Below, piece after piece: positions 50,528 through 60,659 of a stretch of DNA of 64,000 nucleotides. Every line of letters starts with the position of its first letter. Position 1 is the stretch's first letter. Source of the DNA: Candidatus Sumerlaeaceae bacterium (GTDB taxonomy: Bacteria; Sumerlaeota; Sumerlaeia; Sumerlaeales; Sumerlaeaceae); assembly GCA_051003195.1 (NCBI GenBank), contig JBPCLP010000033.1, positions 1 to 64,000 of the forward strand, in the 5' to 3' direction. The notes under the pieces are model-generated. The model searched no databases, had not been told where the DNA came from, and saw only the letters and a program-made list of their open reading frames with translations. The position numbers and the translations under genes were made by a program.

Positions 50528-52969
50528 ATGAACTGCCCCAAGCTTCTGCTTTGCGTGCTGCTGCTCGCCTGTAACAGTCTATCACACCGCCTATACGCGC
50601 AGGCTGATGCCGCGCCACGTCGGCAGAGTCTCCCAGACCCACTCAAAGCACGTTCACTGAACCCGAATTTCGATCTATATCCGGACTCTTCGCTCGCAGA
50701 TTTCAGTTCATTGCTGACAGCGCCTGCGGGGTCGCGGGGCTTTGTTACCACCGATGCAGATGGTCACTTTCATTTCAAAAGTGATGCGTCACGCGCACGA
50801 TTCTGGGGTGTCACAATTACGCAGGAGCACATCGATATTCCGAAACGCCGAATCGATGAGGTCGTCGACGTGCTGGCCCGAGCCGGCTGCAATATGGTTC
50901 GTTTTCACTCGCTGGATAACCGCGCCGGACTGCAATACGGCTTCCTTCGACGCACCATCATCGACGAAACGCCGCCTCACGAAAACGATACCCAGCACCT
51001 GGATTCGGAATACCTGGACCGCCTGGACTATTGGATCGCCAGGCTGAAGGAACGCGGAATTTATACCTACCTTGTGCTGCGAGGCTTCAGGCACTACCTC
51101 CCAGGCGATGATGTCCACAACGCGCTAAAGCTTCCGCGCGGTGCGACGCCCATGGCAATCTTCAATGAGCGGCTGATTGAGCTGCAGATTCAATACGCGC
51201 GGAATCTTCTCGCCACCCACAGAAACCCGTACACGAAACTGAACTATGCGAGCGATCCGGCGATCGCATTGATCGAAGTTTTTAACGAGGACTCTCTCTT
51301 CGCTCGACCGCGCATGTGGCAGGAGATGATCGAGCCGTATCGTACCGAGTTCCACAAGCTATGGATCGACTACCTCAGACGCAGCTACAAAACTACAGTG
51401 GGCCTGCGCCAGGCCTGGACGAACGTCGACGGACTCTGCGCATTACAGACCACCGAAACCTTTGAAGCCGCCAACATCCTTCTGCCCGACATGAATGCCA
51501 ACCAGACGTTCGAACAGGCGCAGGCCGAGCCTTTCACGCACCCGCTAAAGTCACCCACCCGCCGCCGTGACGGTGTCCGCTTCGCCATCGAGCTGCAGCG
51601 TAAATACTTTCGCCGGATGATGGATGCACTTCACGCAATGGGAGTACGCGTTCCCTGCACTGGTGTGGTGGCGGGCAAGTCCATTCCGGACACCTACAGC
51701 GCCGCGTGCGAGTTCGACTTCACTGCCGAGAACATGTACCAGGAGCACCCCGAATACGAGCCCGGTCGCGATTGGCTGCCGCCTGCTTATTACCACGACA
51801 CCAACTATCTTACCAACACCGATCCAAGCAGTGGCGTACCCTTTGTCGCGCGTTACAAGTGGGCCGGCAAGCCCCTCGCCGTCCGTGAATGGGCCACCTG
51901 CTGGCCCAACCAATACCGCGCCGCCAGCATGATGGAAATGGCCAGCTACGGCCGCATGCAGGATTGGGACTGCATTCTCTACTTCGCCTATTTTACTACG
52001 GGCGATTTTACACGTCTGAGCAGCTTCGCGCTCAACAATGATCCTGCCCGCTGGAGTTTGTTTGGTCCGGCCGCCCAGGTCTTCCTCTCACCCAATTCCA
52101 TCGCGCCCGCTGCGCAGTTGGTGCATATCGGCTATAGCGATGAAGACATGTACGCCTACTCCAGCTGGGAAGATCCATTGCACACCCTCGCGTGGAAGTA
52201 CCGCGTCCAAAACGTGCACCTGCCTGCTCCTATTGATCAGTTAAGCAACTTAGTTCCAAGCGGGCGATCAAAACTGCCCTTTTACCTCAGCAAGAAAGTC
52301 GACGCTGCCGCCGAGCAAAGCATGTCCTATGGGCTAAATTCCGCCGCGTTTAAAACGCTGCAGCAACAGCCAGTCCCAGGCGCCGTCACGCGTGACACCA
52401 ACTCTGCGAACATGAAAGTCGACACACCAACCGTGCAGGTCGCGCAGGGCATCACCACCGGTGGTTTGTTAGCCACCTCACAACTGACTGTGCAAAGCTC
52501 ATCGCCGTTCGCCGCAGTTACCGCGCTCTCCCTCGACGATCAACCACTCAGCTCCTCACAGCGCTACCTGGTAAAACAGATCACCGTTGCCGAGAACCGG
52601 AAGCAGTTGCTCGAGTCCTCAAAGAACCCTGCTATGAAGAACATGAAAGTCATGGTCACGGAAGGTACCACGCCGATTGTCACCCGCGCCGACTACGACA
52701 CCTCCGGTACGCGAATTACCTTAAATGGCAAAGAACTCGTCCATGCGCAGATGTTCAACGGCACTTGGGAACTCCTCGTCGATGACCAACACCGCACCGC
52801 CTACCTTTACTGCGATTTGCCGAATGCGGAATTTACGATCCAGTTACCCGGAGCACAGGCGTATCAGCTGATCGCGCATCCTGACGAAACTTCTGCAACG
52901 TCCGCAATGCAGGTTCCCACAACCTTTAAATACCCTGGCTGGGCGAAGTACGCAGAGCTGAGATACTAA
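50528..52969 (+). CDS. Secreted glycoside hydrolase, clan GH-A-like (GH5/GH148-related)
   Basis: RFWGV, NMVRFH, LKERGIY, NPYT...DPAIALIEVFNEDS (acid/base), LAVREW (nucleophile), QDWD. Confidence 0.75.
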   Translation: MNCPKLLLCVLLLACNSLSHRLYAQADAAPRRQSLPDPLKARSLNPNFDLYPDSSLADFSSLLTAPAGSRGFVTTDADGHFHFKSDASRARFWGVTITQEHIDIPKRRIDEVVDVLARAGCNMVRFHSLDNRAGLQYGFLRRTIIDETPPHENDTQHLDSEYLDRLDYWIARLKERGIYTYLVLRGFRHYLPGDDVHNALKLPRGATPMAIFNERLIELQIQYARNLLATHRNPYTKLNYASDPAIALIEVFNEDSLFARPRMWQEMIEPYRTEFHKLWIDYLRRSYKTTVGLRQAWTNVDGLCALQTTETFEAANILLPDMNANQTFEQAQAEPFTHPLKSPTRRRDGVRFAIELQRKYFRRMMDALHAMGVRVPCTGVVAGKSIPDTYSAACEFDFTAENMYQEHPEYEPGRDWLPPAYYHDTNYLTNTDPSSGVPFVARYKWAGKPLAVREWATCWPNQYRAASMMEMASYGRMQDWDCILYFAYFTTGDFTRLSSFALNNDPARWSLFGPAAQVFLSPNSIAPAAQLVHIGYSDEDMYAYSSWEDPLHTLAWKYRVQNVHLPAPIDQLSNLVPSGRSKLPFYLSKKVDAAAEQSMSYGLNSAAFKTLQQQPVPGAVTRDTNSANMKVDTPTVQVAQGITTGGLLATSQLTVQSSSPFAAVTALSLDDQPLSSSQRYLVKQITVAENRKQLLESSKNPAMKNMKVMVTEGTTPIVTRADYDTSGTRITLNGKELVHAQMFNGTWELLVDDQHRTAYLYCDLPNAEFTIQLPGAQAYQLIAHPDETSATSAMQVPTTFKYPGWAKYAELRY

Positions 52970-53061
52970 TGTGCCGAATCAGTAGTTCCTTACCAACCAA
53001 AGGGCAGGCTTGAACTCGATTCGGCACACAGAACAGATTACGAACTAACGGTAAACCACAG
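52969..53061. repeat. Miniature inverted-repeat element, copy 3 (opposite orientation)
   Basis: TGTGCCGAATCAG...GATTCGGCACACAGAAC...CGAACTAACGGTAAACCACA. Confidence 0.88.
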
Positions 53062-53121
53062 CTGCTGCTCTTCTGTGCTTGCTCTGTGTATCTGTGCTCT
53101 GTGGTTTAAAAGCACTTCAGT

Positions 53122-54219
53122 TCACACGCTGAACAGGAAGTTAATCACATCCCCGTCCTGCACGTGGTATTGTTTTCCCTCCAGCCGAACTTGCCCCTTC
53201 TTCTTTGCTTCGGCCGTGCTGCCGGCTTTCACGAGGTCATCGTACTTAATCACCTCTGCACGAATGTAGCCTCGTTCGAAATCGCTGTGGATCGCTCCGG
53301 CTGCCTGCGGCCCCGTCGAGCCCTTGTGAATAGTCCACGCGCGAACTTCATCTTCGCCGGCAGTCAGAAACGACATTTGTCCCTGTAGATCATAACTTAG
53401 CGCGATGATGCGGCTCGCCGCAGGTTCACTAATGTGGTAGTCCTGCAGGAACATGTCGCGGTCTTCACCGGAAAGCTGCGAGATTTCTGCTTCGACAGAG
53501 CCGGCGAGCCAGGCCGTCATTGTGTTCGGCAGATCCGTCACCCCGGCGAGGTTCATGGAATTAACTGCCTCATCTCCGCCGGCAATTTTTGTTTCGTCCA
53601 CATTAAGCAAAAACATGAGCGGCTTTGCAGAAAGAAACTGAAAGCCGCGGACCGCCTTCTCCTCGTCCGATGTGAGTTCGACCGCACGAATCGGGCGATT
53701 GTCCTCCAGCGCGGGTTTGATTTTCTGCAGCACCGCGTACTCCGCCGCCATGACATCTTTTTCTTTCCCGGTCAGTTTCAGGATCTGCTTTTCAATTTTA
53801 GGCAGGCGATTCTCTACTTTGGCCAGATCGCTGAAGACGAGTTCCAGGTGAATTGCTTCAGCATCTGAGGCTGGATTCGGTGCCCCCTGCACCTGGTCGT
53901 CAAAACCACGGACCACCGCGATAAGTGCGTCTGCCTTGCTGACGAATTGCAGCAGTGCTTCCGGTACACCCTTGTGCTCGTCGCCGGTTTCTTTCTGCAT
54001 GCCCGCAACGTCGACGTATTTCACCGTGGCGTAGGTAATCTTTTTCGGGGTATAGATCTCCGCGAGTTTGTCGACACGGGGGTCCGGCACTTTAACCACC
54101 GCGACATTGGGTTCGAGCTTGCCGCCGGCAAAAGCGGAAGTCTCCGCCTTTCCACCTGTCAGCGCATTAAATACTGTCGTCTTGCCCGATTTCTGAAGGC
54201 CAACGAGGGCGAGTTCCAT
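53122..54219 (-). CDS. ychF: Ribosome-binding ATPase YchF
   Basis: GLQKSGKTT, VKVPDPR, DVAG, TAGEDEVRAW, AAGAIHSDFERG, VQDGDVI. Confidence 0.95.
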   Translation of the reverse strand: MELALVGLQKSGKTTVFNALTGGKAETSAFAGGKLEPNVAVVKVPDPRVDKLAEIYTPKKITYATVKYVDVAGMQKETGDEHKGVPEALLQFVSKADALIAVVRGFDDQVQGAPNPASDAEAIHLELVFSDLAKVENRLPKIEKQILKLTGKEKDVMAAEYAVLQKIKPALEDNRPIRAVELTSDEEKAVRGFQFLSAKPLMFLLNVDETKIAGGDEAVNSMNLAGVTDLPNTMTAWLAGSVEAEISQLSGEDRDMFLQDYHISEPAASRIIALSYDLQGQMSFLTAGEDEVRAWTIHKGSTGPQAAGAIHSDFERGYIRAEVIKYDDLVKAGSTAEAKKKGQVRLEGKQYHVQDGDVINFLFSV

Positions 54220-54382
54220 GTGATACCATTATCCAGTTCTAGTAAGGCAGTTATAGTCCCGCGATTTCGGAAGACCTATGCGACCAAGAAGTTGGTGAGT
54301 CGCGTCACTCACAAGTTCAAAAGGCGCCGAATTCCCGGGATATCTTCGGGCAATGACATGTCGCGGGTTATCTTAAACGGGT

Positions 54383-54808
54383 CTACTTAATGCCCATTTT
54401 GTCCAGGAGCGCTGTAGCCCGGCGGCCGTCAAGACCAGCGCCGTGCTTTTCCTTTAACGCTTTCATGATCATGCCCTTGCGGTTTTCGCCGGTCGACTGG
54501 AGTTCGAGTACTGCAGCCCCGATTTCCTCGTCGGACAACTGTTTTGGCAGGTACACGCTCAGGATTTCAATCTCGCTTAGGTACTTGGCGGCCTCGACGG
54601 GCCGTGCGGCGCCATGCTGATCGATGAACTCCCGAAGCGACTTCACGTATGCGGAGATCGACGCGACAGCGACGTCACCTTTGGCCGACGGGTCCTTCTC
54701 TTTTCTTTGTATTTCTCCAAGGATGTAATCGAGCACGCCCTTTTTGTCGGCTTCGCGTGCCTTCATAGCATCGATGCGATCTTTCTGAATCTGTGCCTTT
54801 ATGTCCAT
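54383..54808 (-). CDS. GatB/YqeY domain protein
   Basis: IDAMKAR...EIEILSVYLPKQLSDEEI...GMIMK. Confidence 0.88.
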   Translation of the reverse strand: MDIKAQIQKDRIDAMKAREADKKGVLDYILGEIQRKEKDPSAKGDVAVASISAYVKSLREFIDQHGAARPVEAAKYLSEIEILSVYLPKQLSDEEIGAAVLELQSTGENRKGMIMKALKEKHGAGLDGRRATALLDKMGIK

Positions 54809-54987
54809 GGGCTCCAGAGTACGTTCATGCAATTGCTGGTCAAGTGACAACGAGGCTGCTCGTTTTACGCTCAACTCAACGCGATACGGTTACAAACCCA
54901 TCAATAATGTTCCGCCTATAATTGGTGTTGAAGTGTATTAATGGGCGAAAACCTTTAGACGCATATTATGCACGAGGAGACAGGCGC

Positions 54988-56499
54988 ATGAGCGCGGGCA
55001 CAGCCGAGAAGACCAGGTACAAAAACTATATTGCAGGCGAGTGGGTCGCGGACGGTTCCGAGGGAACCTTCGAGAATCGCAACCCCGCCGACACGACCGA
55101 CCTGGTAGGCGAGTTTCCGAGTGCCGGTTCAGAGGAAGTAGAGGCCGCCGTTGCCGCGGCGAAGGAAGCGTATCGTAGCTGGAGCCTGACACCCGCTCCG
55201 CGTCGTGGCGAGATTATCCGTCGCGCAGGCGATCTGCTCTCGGGGCGCAAGGAAGAGCTTGCGCGGCTGATGACTCGCGAAATGGGTAAGGTGCTCGCCG
55301 AGACTCGTGGAGACGTGCAGGAAGGAATCGACACTGCCTACTACGCAGCAGGGGAGGGGCGCCGCCTTTTCGGCGATACAGTTCCATGCGAACTGCCGAA
55401 CAAGTTCGGTATGAGTGTGCGCTGCCCGGTTGGCGTGTGCGGAATGATCACACCCTGGAATTTCCCGATGGCGATCCCGACATGGAAAATTTTTCCCGCG
55501 CTGATTTGCGGAAACACTGTTGTCTTTAAGCCTTCCCAGGAGACGCCCGCCACTGCTGTTAAATTCATTGAGACCCTTCTGGAAGCGGGTGTGCCGCCCA
55601 AAGTCGTGAACATCGTTTGCGGCATGGGTGCGAACGTAGGTGCGCAGCTTGTAGAACACCCGGATGTACCCGTCATTTCTTTCACAGGCTCGTCTGCCGT
55701 CGGCCGCGAGATTGGCTCCAAAGCCGGAAAGCAGTTGAAGCGCGTGTCGCTGGAACTCGGCGGCAAGAACGCCATGATCGTCATGGACGACGCCGATATG
55801 GATCTCGCCATCGAAGGCGCGGTGTGGGGCGCGTTCGGCACCACGGGGCAGCGCTGCACTGCTACGTCGCGCTTGATCGTCCACGAGAAAATCGCGGACA
55901 AGTTTACCGAGCGGCTGATCGACCGCGCGAAGAAGCTGGTTGTCGGCAACGGCCTCGAAGCGGACACCCAGATGGGACCCGTCATCAACCAGAAGCAGCG
56001 CGACAGCATTAAAAACTATATTCGGATTGGCCAGGAAGAGGACAAGGCAAAGCTGGCATGTGGCGGCAACGAGATCACTGGCAGTAAGCACGCCAACGGA
56101 TGGTTCCTGGAGCCGACGATCTTCACAGACGTAAAGCCCAGCATGCGCATCGCGCAGGAAGAAATCTTTGGACCGGTGCTCGCCGTCATTCGCGTCAAAG
56201 ACCTGGAGGAGGCAATCGAAGTGCTCAACGGTACGATTTATGGTCTCAGCTCATCCATTTACACGCGTGATGTCAATGCGGCTTTCCGCGCGATCCGCGA
56301 CATCCAGGCAGGTATCACCTACGTCAATGGGCCCACCATTGGTGCCGAAGTTCAGCTTCCATTCGGCGGCGTCAAAGCAACGGGCAACGGTCATCGCGAA
56401 GCAAGCCACACCGTGCTCGACATCTTCACCGAGTGGAAAAGCGTGTACGTGGATTACAGCGGCCGCCTCCAGAAAGCGCAGATCGACAACCCGGAATAA
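54988..56499 (+). CDS. Aldehyde dehydrogenase
   Basis: [35 protein letters not shown]. Confidence 0.95.
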   Translation: MSAGTAEKTRYKNYIAGEWVADGSEGTFENRNPADTTDLVGEFPSAGSEEVEAAVAAAKEAYRSWSLTPAPRRGEIIRRAGDLLSGRKEELARLMTREMGKVLAETRGDVQEGIDTAYYAAGEGRRLFGDTVPCELPNKFGMSVRCPVGVCGMITPWNFPMAIPTWKIFPALICGNTVVFKPSQETPATAVKFIETLLEAGVPPKVVNIVCGMGANVGAQLVEHPDVPVISFTGSSAVGREIGSKAGKQLKRVSLELGGKNAMIVMDDADMDLAIEGAVWGAFGTTGQRCTATSRLIVHEKIADKFTERLIDRAKKLVVGNGLEADTQMGPVINQKQRDSIKNYIRIGQEEDKAKLACGGNEITGSKHANGWFLEPTIFTDVKPSMRIAQEEIFGPVLAVIRVKDLEEAIEVLNGTIYGLSSSIYTRDVNAAFRAIRDIQAGITYVNGPTIGAEVQLPFGGVKATGNGHREASHTVLDIFTEWKSVYVDYSGRLQKAQIDNPE

Positions 56500-56521
56500 A
56501 AGCAACCCACAACAGAAGCAA

Positions 56522-56611
56522 ACCACAGAGACACAGAGAAAAGCACACAGTTACACACGCAGATAACGAGGCAGACTCGCTCCTCTCGGTGTCGCTCTGT
56601 GACTCTGTGGT
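56522..56611. repeat. ACCACAGAG-type inverted repeat pair between convergent genes
   Basis: ACCACAGAGACACAGAG (56522-56538) versus CTCTGTGACTCTGTGGT (56595-56611); a related half-copy lies at about 53083-53105. Confidence 0.75.
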
Positions 56612-56719
56612 GAGTCTCTCCGAGGCTGTAAAGCTGCTACGTTGCCACATCAGGAACAACACACCATCATTCAACTATGAACACAAAAGCGGCACTGCTT
56701 GCTTTGCTTATGCAGGTGT

Positions 56720-57940
56720 CTAAATCACCGTTGCCTGCTTCCGCAGAAAGCGTCCAATTTTATCTATGGCCTTTTCAAGCCGGTCAAAACTCGATGCATA
56801 ACTTGCCCGGATAAAACCCTCACCGCACGCCCCGAAGGCATTGCCAGGCACAACTGCGACTTTCCGCTCCTGCAGCAGATCACAGCAAAACTGTTCACTG
56901 GTCATGCCGGTGCTCTGGATATTCGCAAATGCATAGAAAGCGCCCTCGGGCATCAGGCACTTGAGCCCGAGTTCGTTAAAGCCGGACACAATGAAGTCGC
57001 GCCGCATCTCGTACTCGCGGCGCATATCGGCAATCGCGCCATCGGAATTACGCAGGGCCTCCAGCGCGGCATACTGGCTAACCGTCGGTGCGCACAACAT
57101 CGTATACTGGTGAATTTTCACCATCGCCGCGGCCAGTTCCTCAGGAGCGCAGAGGTAGCCCAGCCGCCATCCTGTCATCGCGTGGCTTTTCGAAAACCCC
57201 GAGACAATGACCACGTGGTCCTTCATGCCGGGAAACGACGCGAGCGAGACATGCTGTCCTTCGTAGGTCAGCTCCGCGTAAATCTCGTCGCTGATGACCA
57301 GCAGGTCATTCCGCTCGACAAAGTCCGCCAGCAACTGAAGGTCTTCGCGGTTGAACGTACTGCCTGTTGGATTGCTCGGGTAATTGAGCATGATCGCCTT
57401 CGTGCGGGGCGTGACGACCTTCTGCAACTCTTCGAGATTAATTCGAAAATTGTCTTTCTGCCAGGTAGGAAAAAGCACAGGCACGCCGCCCGCGAAAACA
57501 ACAGTTGGCGCATAGGAAACATAGCAGGGCTCGACTACGATCACTTCTTCCCCGGGATTCAGGATTGCCCGTAGTGCGATATCTATCGCTTCACTGGCAC
57601 CGACAGTGATGACGATTTCAGATCCTGGATCATAGGATACATCGTACTTGGCATGCAGCCACTCTGCCAGCTCTTCACGCAATTCGATCAGGCCGTAATT
57701 GCTCGTGTAGGTAGTGTGTCCCTTCTCGATTTCATAGACTGCCTGTTCGCGGATGTTCCATGGTGTCCGAAAATCGGGCTCCCCAACACCAAGGCTGATC
57801 ACATCATCCATGCCGATAACCAGCTCGAAAAAGCGGCGAATGCCCGAGGGTGGCACGTCGGCCACATGGCGAGCGACCTTGTGCGCTGTACCCTTTCGGG
57901 GAATCAGCCCTGCGCCGCTCTCACATATTTCTACGCTCAC
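56720..57940 (-). CDS. Class I/II PLP aminotransferase (YugH/AlaT-like)
   Basis: PSGIRRFF, SLGVGEPDF, NPTG, SDEIY, GFSKSHAMTGWRLG. Confidence 0.93.
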   Translation of the reverse strand: MSVEICESGAGLIPRKGTAHKVARHVADVPPSGIRRFFELVIGMDDVISLGVGEPDFRTPWNIREQAVYEIEKGHTTYTSNYGLIELREELAEWLHAKYDVSYDPGSEIVITVGASEAIDIALRAILNPGEEVIVVEPCYVSYAPTVVFAGGVPVLFPTWQKDNFRINLEELQKVVTPRTKAIMLNYPSNPTGSTFNREDLQLLADFVERNDLLVISDEIYAELTYEGQHVSLASFPGMKDHVVIVSGFSKSHAMTGWRLGYLCAPEELAAAMVKIHQYTMLCAPTVSQYAALEALRNSDGAIADMRREYEMRRDFIVSGFNELGLKCLMPEGAFYAFANIQSTGMTSEQFCCDLLQERKVAVVPGNAFGACGEGFIRASYASSFDRLEKAIDKIGRFLRKQATVI

Positions 57941-58032
57941 ACAGTATCCTTCGTTTTGATCTGGCTTTAAGGTTAGCGTCTGCTGTGCCGCACACCGAAC
58001 CATCGACGCATAACGTTTCGAATCAAGTGCTG

Positions 58033-58222
58033 GTGTGGTCTACCGTTAATTCGTATTCGGTTCTGTGTGCCGAATTGAGCTCATCTTCCGCGCCCAAACT
58101 GGATAAGAACTTCTGATTCGGCACACTGGTGTGCTCTACCGTTAATTCGTATTCGGTTCTGTGTGCCGAATTGAGCTCATCTTCCGCGCTCAAACTGAAT
58201 AGAAATTTCTGATTCGGCACAC
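58033..58222. repeat. Miniature inverted-repeat element, tandem copies 4 and 5 (96-bp period)
   Basis: 58033-58126 and 58129-58222 are near-identical, joined by CACAC-TG-GTGTG. Confidence 0.92.
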
Positions 58223-58704
58223 TAGGGCGTTACCGCCAGCCGGCAGGTGGGGCCTTCGTCATGCAGCACCACGCCTTCCTCTTTGTAGTGCTTTAGCACG
58301 AAATGGCTGGTGGTCGACTGAACATCTTCCTGCGTCGCCAGCTTTTCCGTTACGAAACGCGCAATGTCTTTGATGGAGCGTGCTTCCATGAAGACGAGGA
58401 AATCGGTACCACCCGACATCAGGTAGAGGCTTTGCACCTCCGGGAACCCGCCAATGCGTCGCGCGATCTCGTCAAAGCCATGCCCGCGCTTCGGCGTCAC
58501 CTTGACCTCGATAATCGCCTTAACCGCCTCCTCAGAAACGAACTCCGGGTTGATGATCGCCTTGTACGCAACAATCGCCTTCTGTTCTTCCAGGTCTTCG
58601 ATTGCAGTCGCGACACGTTCCACCGGTAGCCCAACCCGGCGCGCTATCTGTTCATTGGTCAGCCGCGCATTCTCGCGCAGCAGGTGCAGAATCTTCTGGT
58701 TCAT
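58222..58704 (-). CDS. Lrp/AsnC transcriptional regulator (YugG/AlaR-like)
   Basis: ILHLLRENARLT HTH; EVQSLYLMSG; TTSHFVLKHYKEEG. Confidence 0.93.
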   Translation of the reverse strand: MNQKILHLLRENARLTNEQIARRVGLPVERVATAIEDLEEQKAIVAYKAIINPEFVSEEAVKAIIEVKVTPKRGHGFDEIARRIGGFPEVQSLYLMSGGTDFLVFMEARSIKDIARFVTEKLATQEDVQSTTSHFVLKHYKEEGVVLHDEGPTCRLAVTP

Positions 58705-58760
58705 ACGTCCAATCCTGTGGCATTCAGGTGTAGCAAGGTACCTGTGCTGCTGGTAAACTA

Positions 58761-58852
58761 GTGTGCCGTCCCAGTATCATCGATATACTTCAAGAAGCTT
58801 TCGAGCTCGGACGGCACGCAAAACCAGTGAACGAATTAATGGGACACCACAC
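58761..58852. repeat. Miniature inverted-repeat element, divergent copy 6
   Basis: TA-GTGTGCCGTCC...GGACGGCACGC...CGAATTAATGGGACACCACAC-TA. Confidence 0.8.
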
Positions 58853-59724
58853 TAATCCGCTTTATTTAAGAAGCGCAGTTTCTTGATTGGCCAGTAGCGC
58901 AAAAACGCCCGCCCACGTAAATTGTCGATCGGCAGCGGTCCCCAATAGCGGCTGTCCGCACTATTGTCCGAGTTATCGCCAAGCGCGATTACATGGCCCT
59001 CCGGTACGGTGACGTCATATTCGCTGGTACGTTCTGAGGTGCTATACTGGTTGTGCGCGATTGCTTCGGGCTCACTCAGCTTCTGACCGTCTATATACAC
59101 ATGCTTGTCCGGTCGGATTTCAATATGTTCATCCGGCAGCCCCACACAACGTTTCACATACGTGCTCTGGCTGCGAAGGTAATTATGTACCGGGAACTCC
59201 GCGCCATTGCGCTCGTAGCCCTTGGTGACATTCAGCTTAAAGGGTACGCGGAACACGATGATGTCGCCTCGTTTCGGAGGATCGAACCAGTAGGCGAACT
59301 TGTTTACAAAAATCCGGTGCTCTTCAAGGTGAAGCTCGTTGCGCAGCATCAGGCTCTGGCTTGCGGTCAGGTGTTCCAGGCCTTTGCGCCCGTCGTAATG
59401 CCAGTAGCCATTTGTCTGTTTGCGGAAAACCTGGACCGATGCCTGTCGGCGGTCCTTGATCAGCAGAAATTGCGCACTGGTGCCAGATTCGTCGTATGCG
59501 GGTCCCTCGGCTATGAAGTCGCCCAGCAAAGTGGGACTCATTGAACCGGAGGGAATTTTAAACAACTCTACAACAAACGTGCGGATGAACATGGCTAGAA
59601 CGAACGCAATCACCAGGGCGTCGATCCATTCGCGGAGGTAGGAAAGAATACCTGTGCTTTCAGGCGCCGGCGGATCCAGCGGCGAAAGCTCCCCATCTGG
59701 ATTTGTTCTCTCAGGTCTAGCCAT
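58852..59724 (-). CDS. lepB: Signal peptidase I
   Basis: IPSGSMSPTL (Ser), YVKRCVGLP (Lys), GDNSDNSADSRYWG. Confidence 0.93.
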   Translation of the reverse strand: MARPERTNPDGELSPLDPPAPESTGILSYLREWIDALVIAFVLAMFIRTFVVELFKIPSGSMSPTLLGDFIAEGPAYDESGTSAQFLLIKDRRQASVQVFRKQTNGYWHYDGRKGLEHLTASQSLMLRNELHLEEHRIFVNKFAYWFDPPKRGDIIVFRVPFKLNVTKGYERNGAEFPVHNYLRSQSTYVKRCVGLPDEHIEIRPDKHVYIDGQKLSEPEAIAHNQYSTSERTSEYDVTVPEGHVIALGDNSDNSADSRYWGPLPIDNLRGRAFLRYWPIKKLRFLNKAD

Positions 59725-59879
59725 AAAGTACGGCGAAGGTGTGGCGGCGGTTGGTCATGGCAACCGAAATCTATGGGATGCGCTGATATTCAGAACACAC
59801 CTGCCGATACCGCCGGTCGAATTTACATTAATAAAACCGAACTGGCGCCCACCCGTTGTCACGTTGCCTCGACGTCAGC

Positions 59880-60659
59880 TCACGCCGGCTTCTCGCACAA
59901 CTTCATTTTGATATAGTTAAAGCTGATTTTCAGCGAGTCAAACGGATCACCCGGCGTGGTATCCTGCTCAACAATAAACCATTCGCAGCCCGAACGTTCC
60001 GCGGTGCTAATAATACGTCTCCAGTTCAGGTTGCCGTTCCCGATCTCCGCATAATCGGGTTTGTTGTCCTCGCCGATCTTATAATCTTTCATGTGCAGCA
60101 AAGGCAGACGTCCTTTAAGCTTTCTACACCATTCCACGGGATCGCCGCCGCCATGCTGCACCCAGTACGTGTCGATCTCGGCCTGCAGATACGCCGGGTT
60201 GGTGCTGCGATAAATCCAGTCCAGTATCGTGCGAGTGCCGGCTCGCTTCAGCTCGATGCTATGGTTATGATAAGAGAGCACCATTCCAGCTTCGTGAAAC
60301 CTTTGGCCCGCCTCTTCCAATTGTGCTGCGAATTTTTTCACTTCTTGCGGCGTGTTCATTGGTATCTCACCGGGATGCGGATACGCGACGTGCTTGCACC
60401 GAAGGGTGTGCATTTGCTCGATTACAGCGTCGGGATTACCAACGATCTCCGCTCCGGCCACGTGAATGGCGCAGCAGGTCAGCCCCTCGGCATCCAGGAT
60501 ACGCACAACATCCGCGCGCGGGATCGGTCCAATCGCACTCACCTGCACGCTGCGATACCCAATCTCCTGCAGCTTCGCCATGGACCGCGCAAAGTCTTCT
60601 GCTGTGCGCGTGTATGCACGAATTGTATACAGTTGCGCCGCGACCTGCTCTAATTTCAT
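59880..60659 (-). CDS. Sugar phosphate isomerase/epimerase (IolE-like TIM barrel)
   Basis: QLYTIR, YHNH, EIDTYW, HMKD, VEQD. Confidence 0.9.
   Translation of the reverse strand: MKLEQVAAQLYTIRAYTRTAEDFARSMAKLQEIGYRSVQVSAIGPIPRADVVRILDAEGLTCCAIHVAGAEIVGNPDAVIEQMHTLRCKHVAYPHPGEIPMNTPQEVKKFAAQLEEAGQRFHEAGMVLSYHNHSIELKRAGTRTILDWIYRSTNPAYLQAEIDTYWVQHGGGDPVEWCRKLKGRLPLLHMKDYKIGEDNKPDYAEIGNGNLNWRRIISTAERSGCEWFIVEQDTTPGDPFDSLKISFNYIKMKLCEKPA

Noticed and set aside
4084..57574. Long antisense or alternate-frame ORFs (e.g. 4084-5058, 6428-7402, 19271-20371, 48928-49980, 55129-56091, 56699-57574)
   Set aside because: Shadows of well-supported genes in GC-rich DNA, with no recognisable motifs.
58023..58220. 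65-aa ORF with a duplicated peptide, and possible CRISPR array
   Set aside because: It is the translation of two tandem elements. Other copies have stops in this frame. The units are near-identical with no unique spacers, and no cas genes are present.
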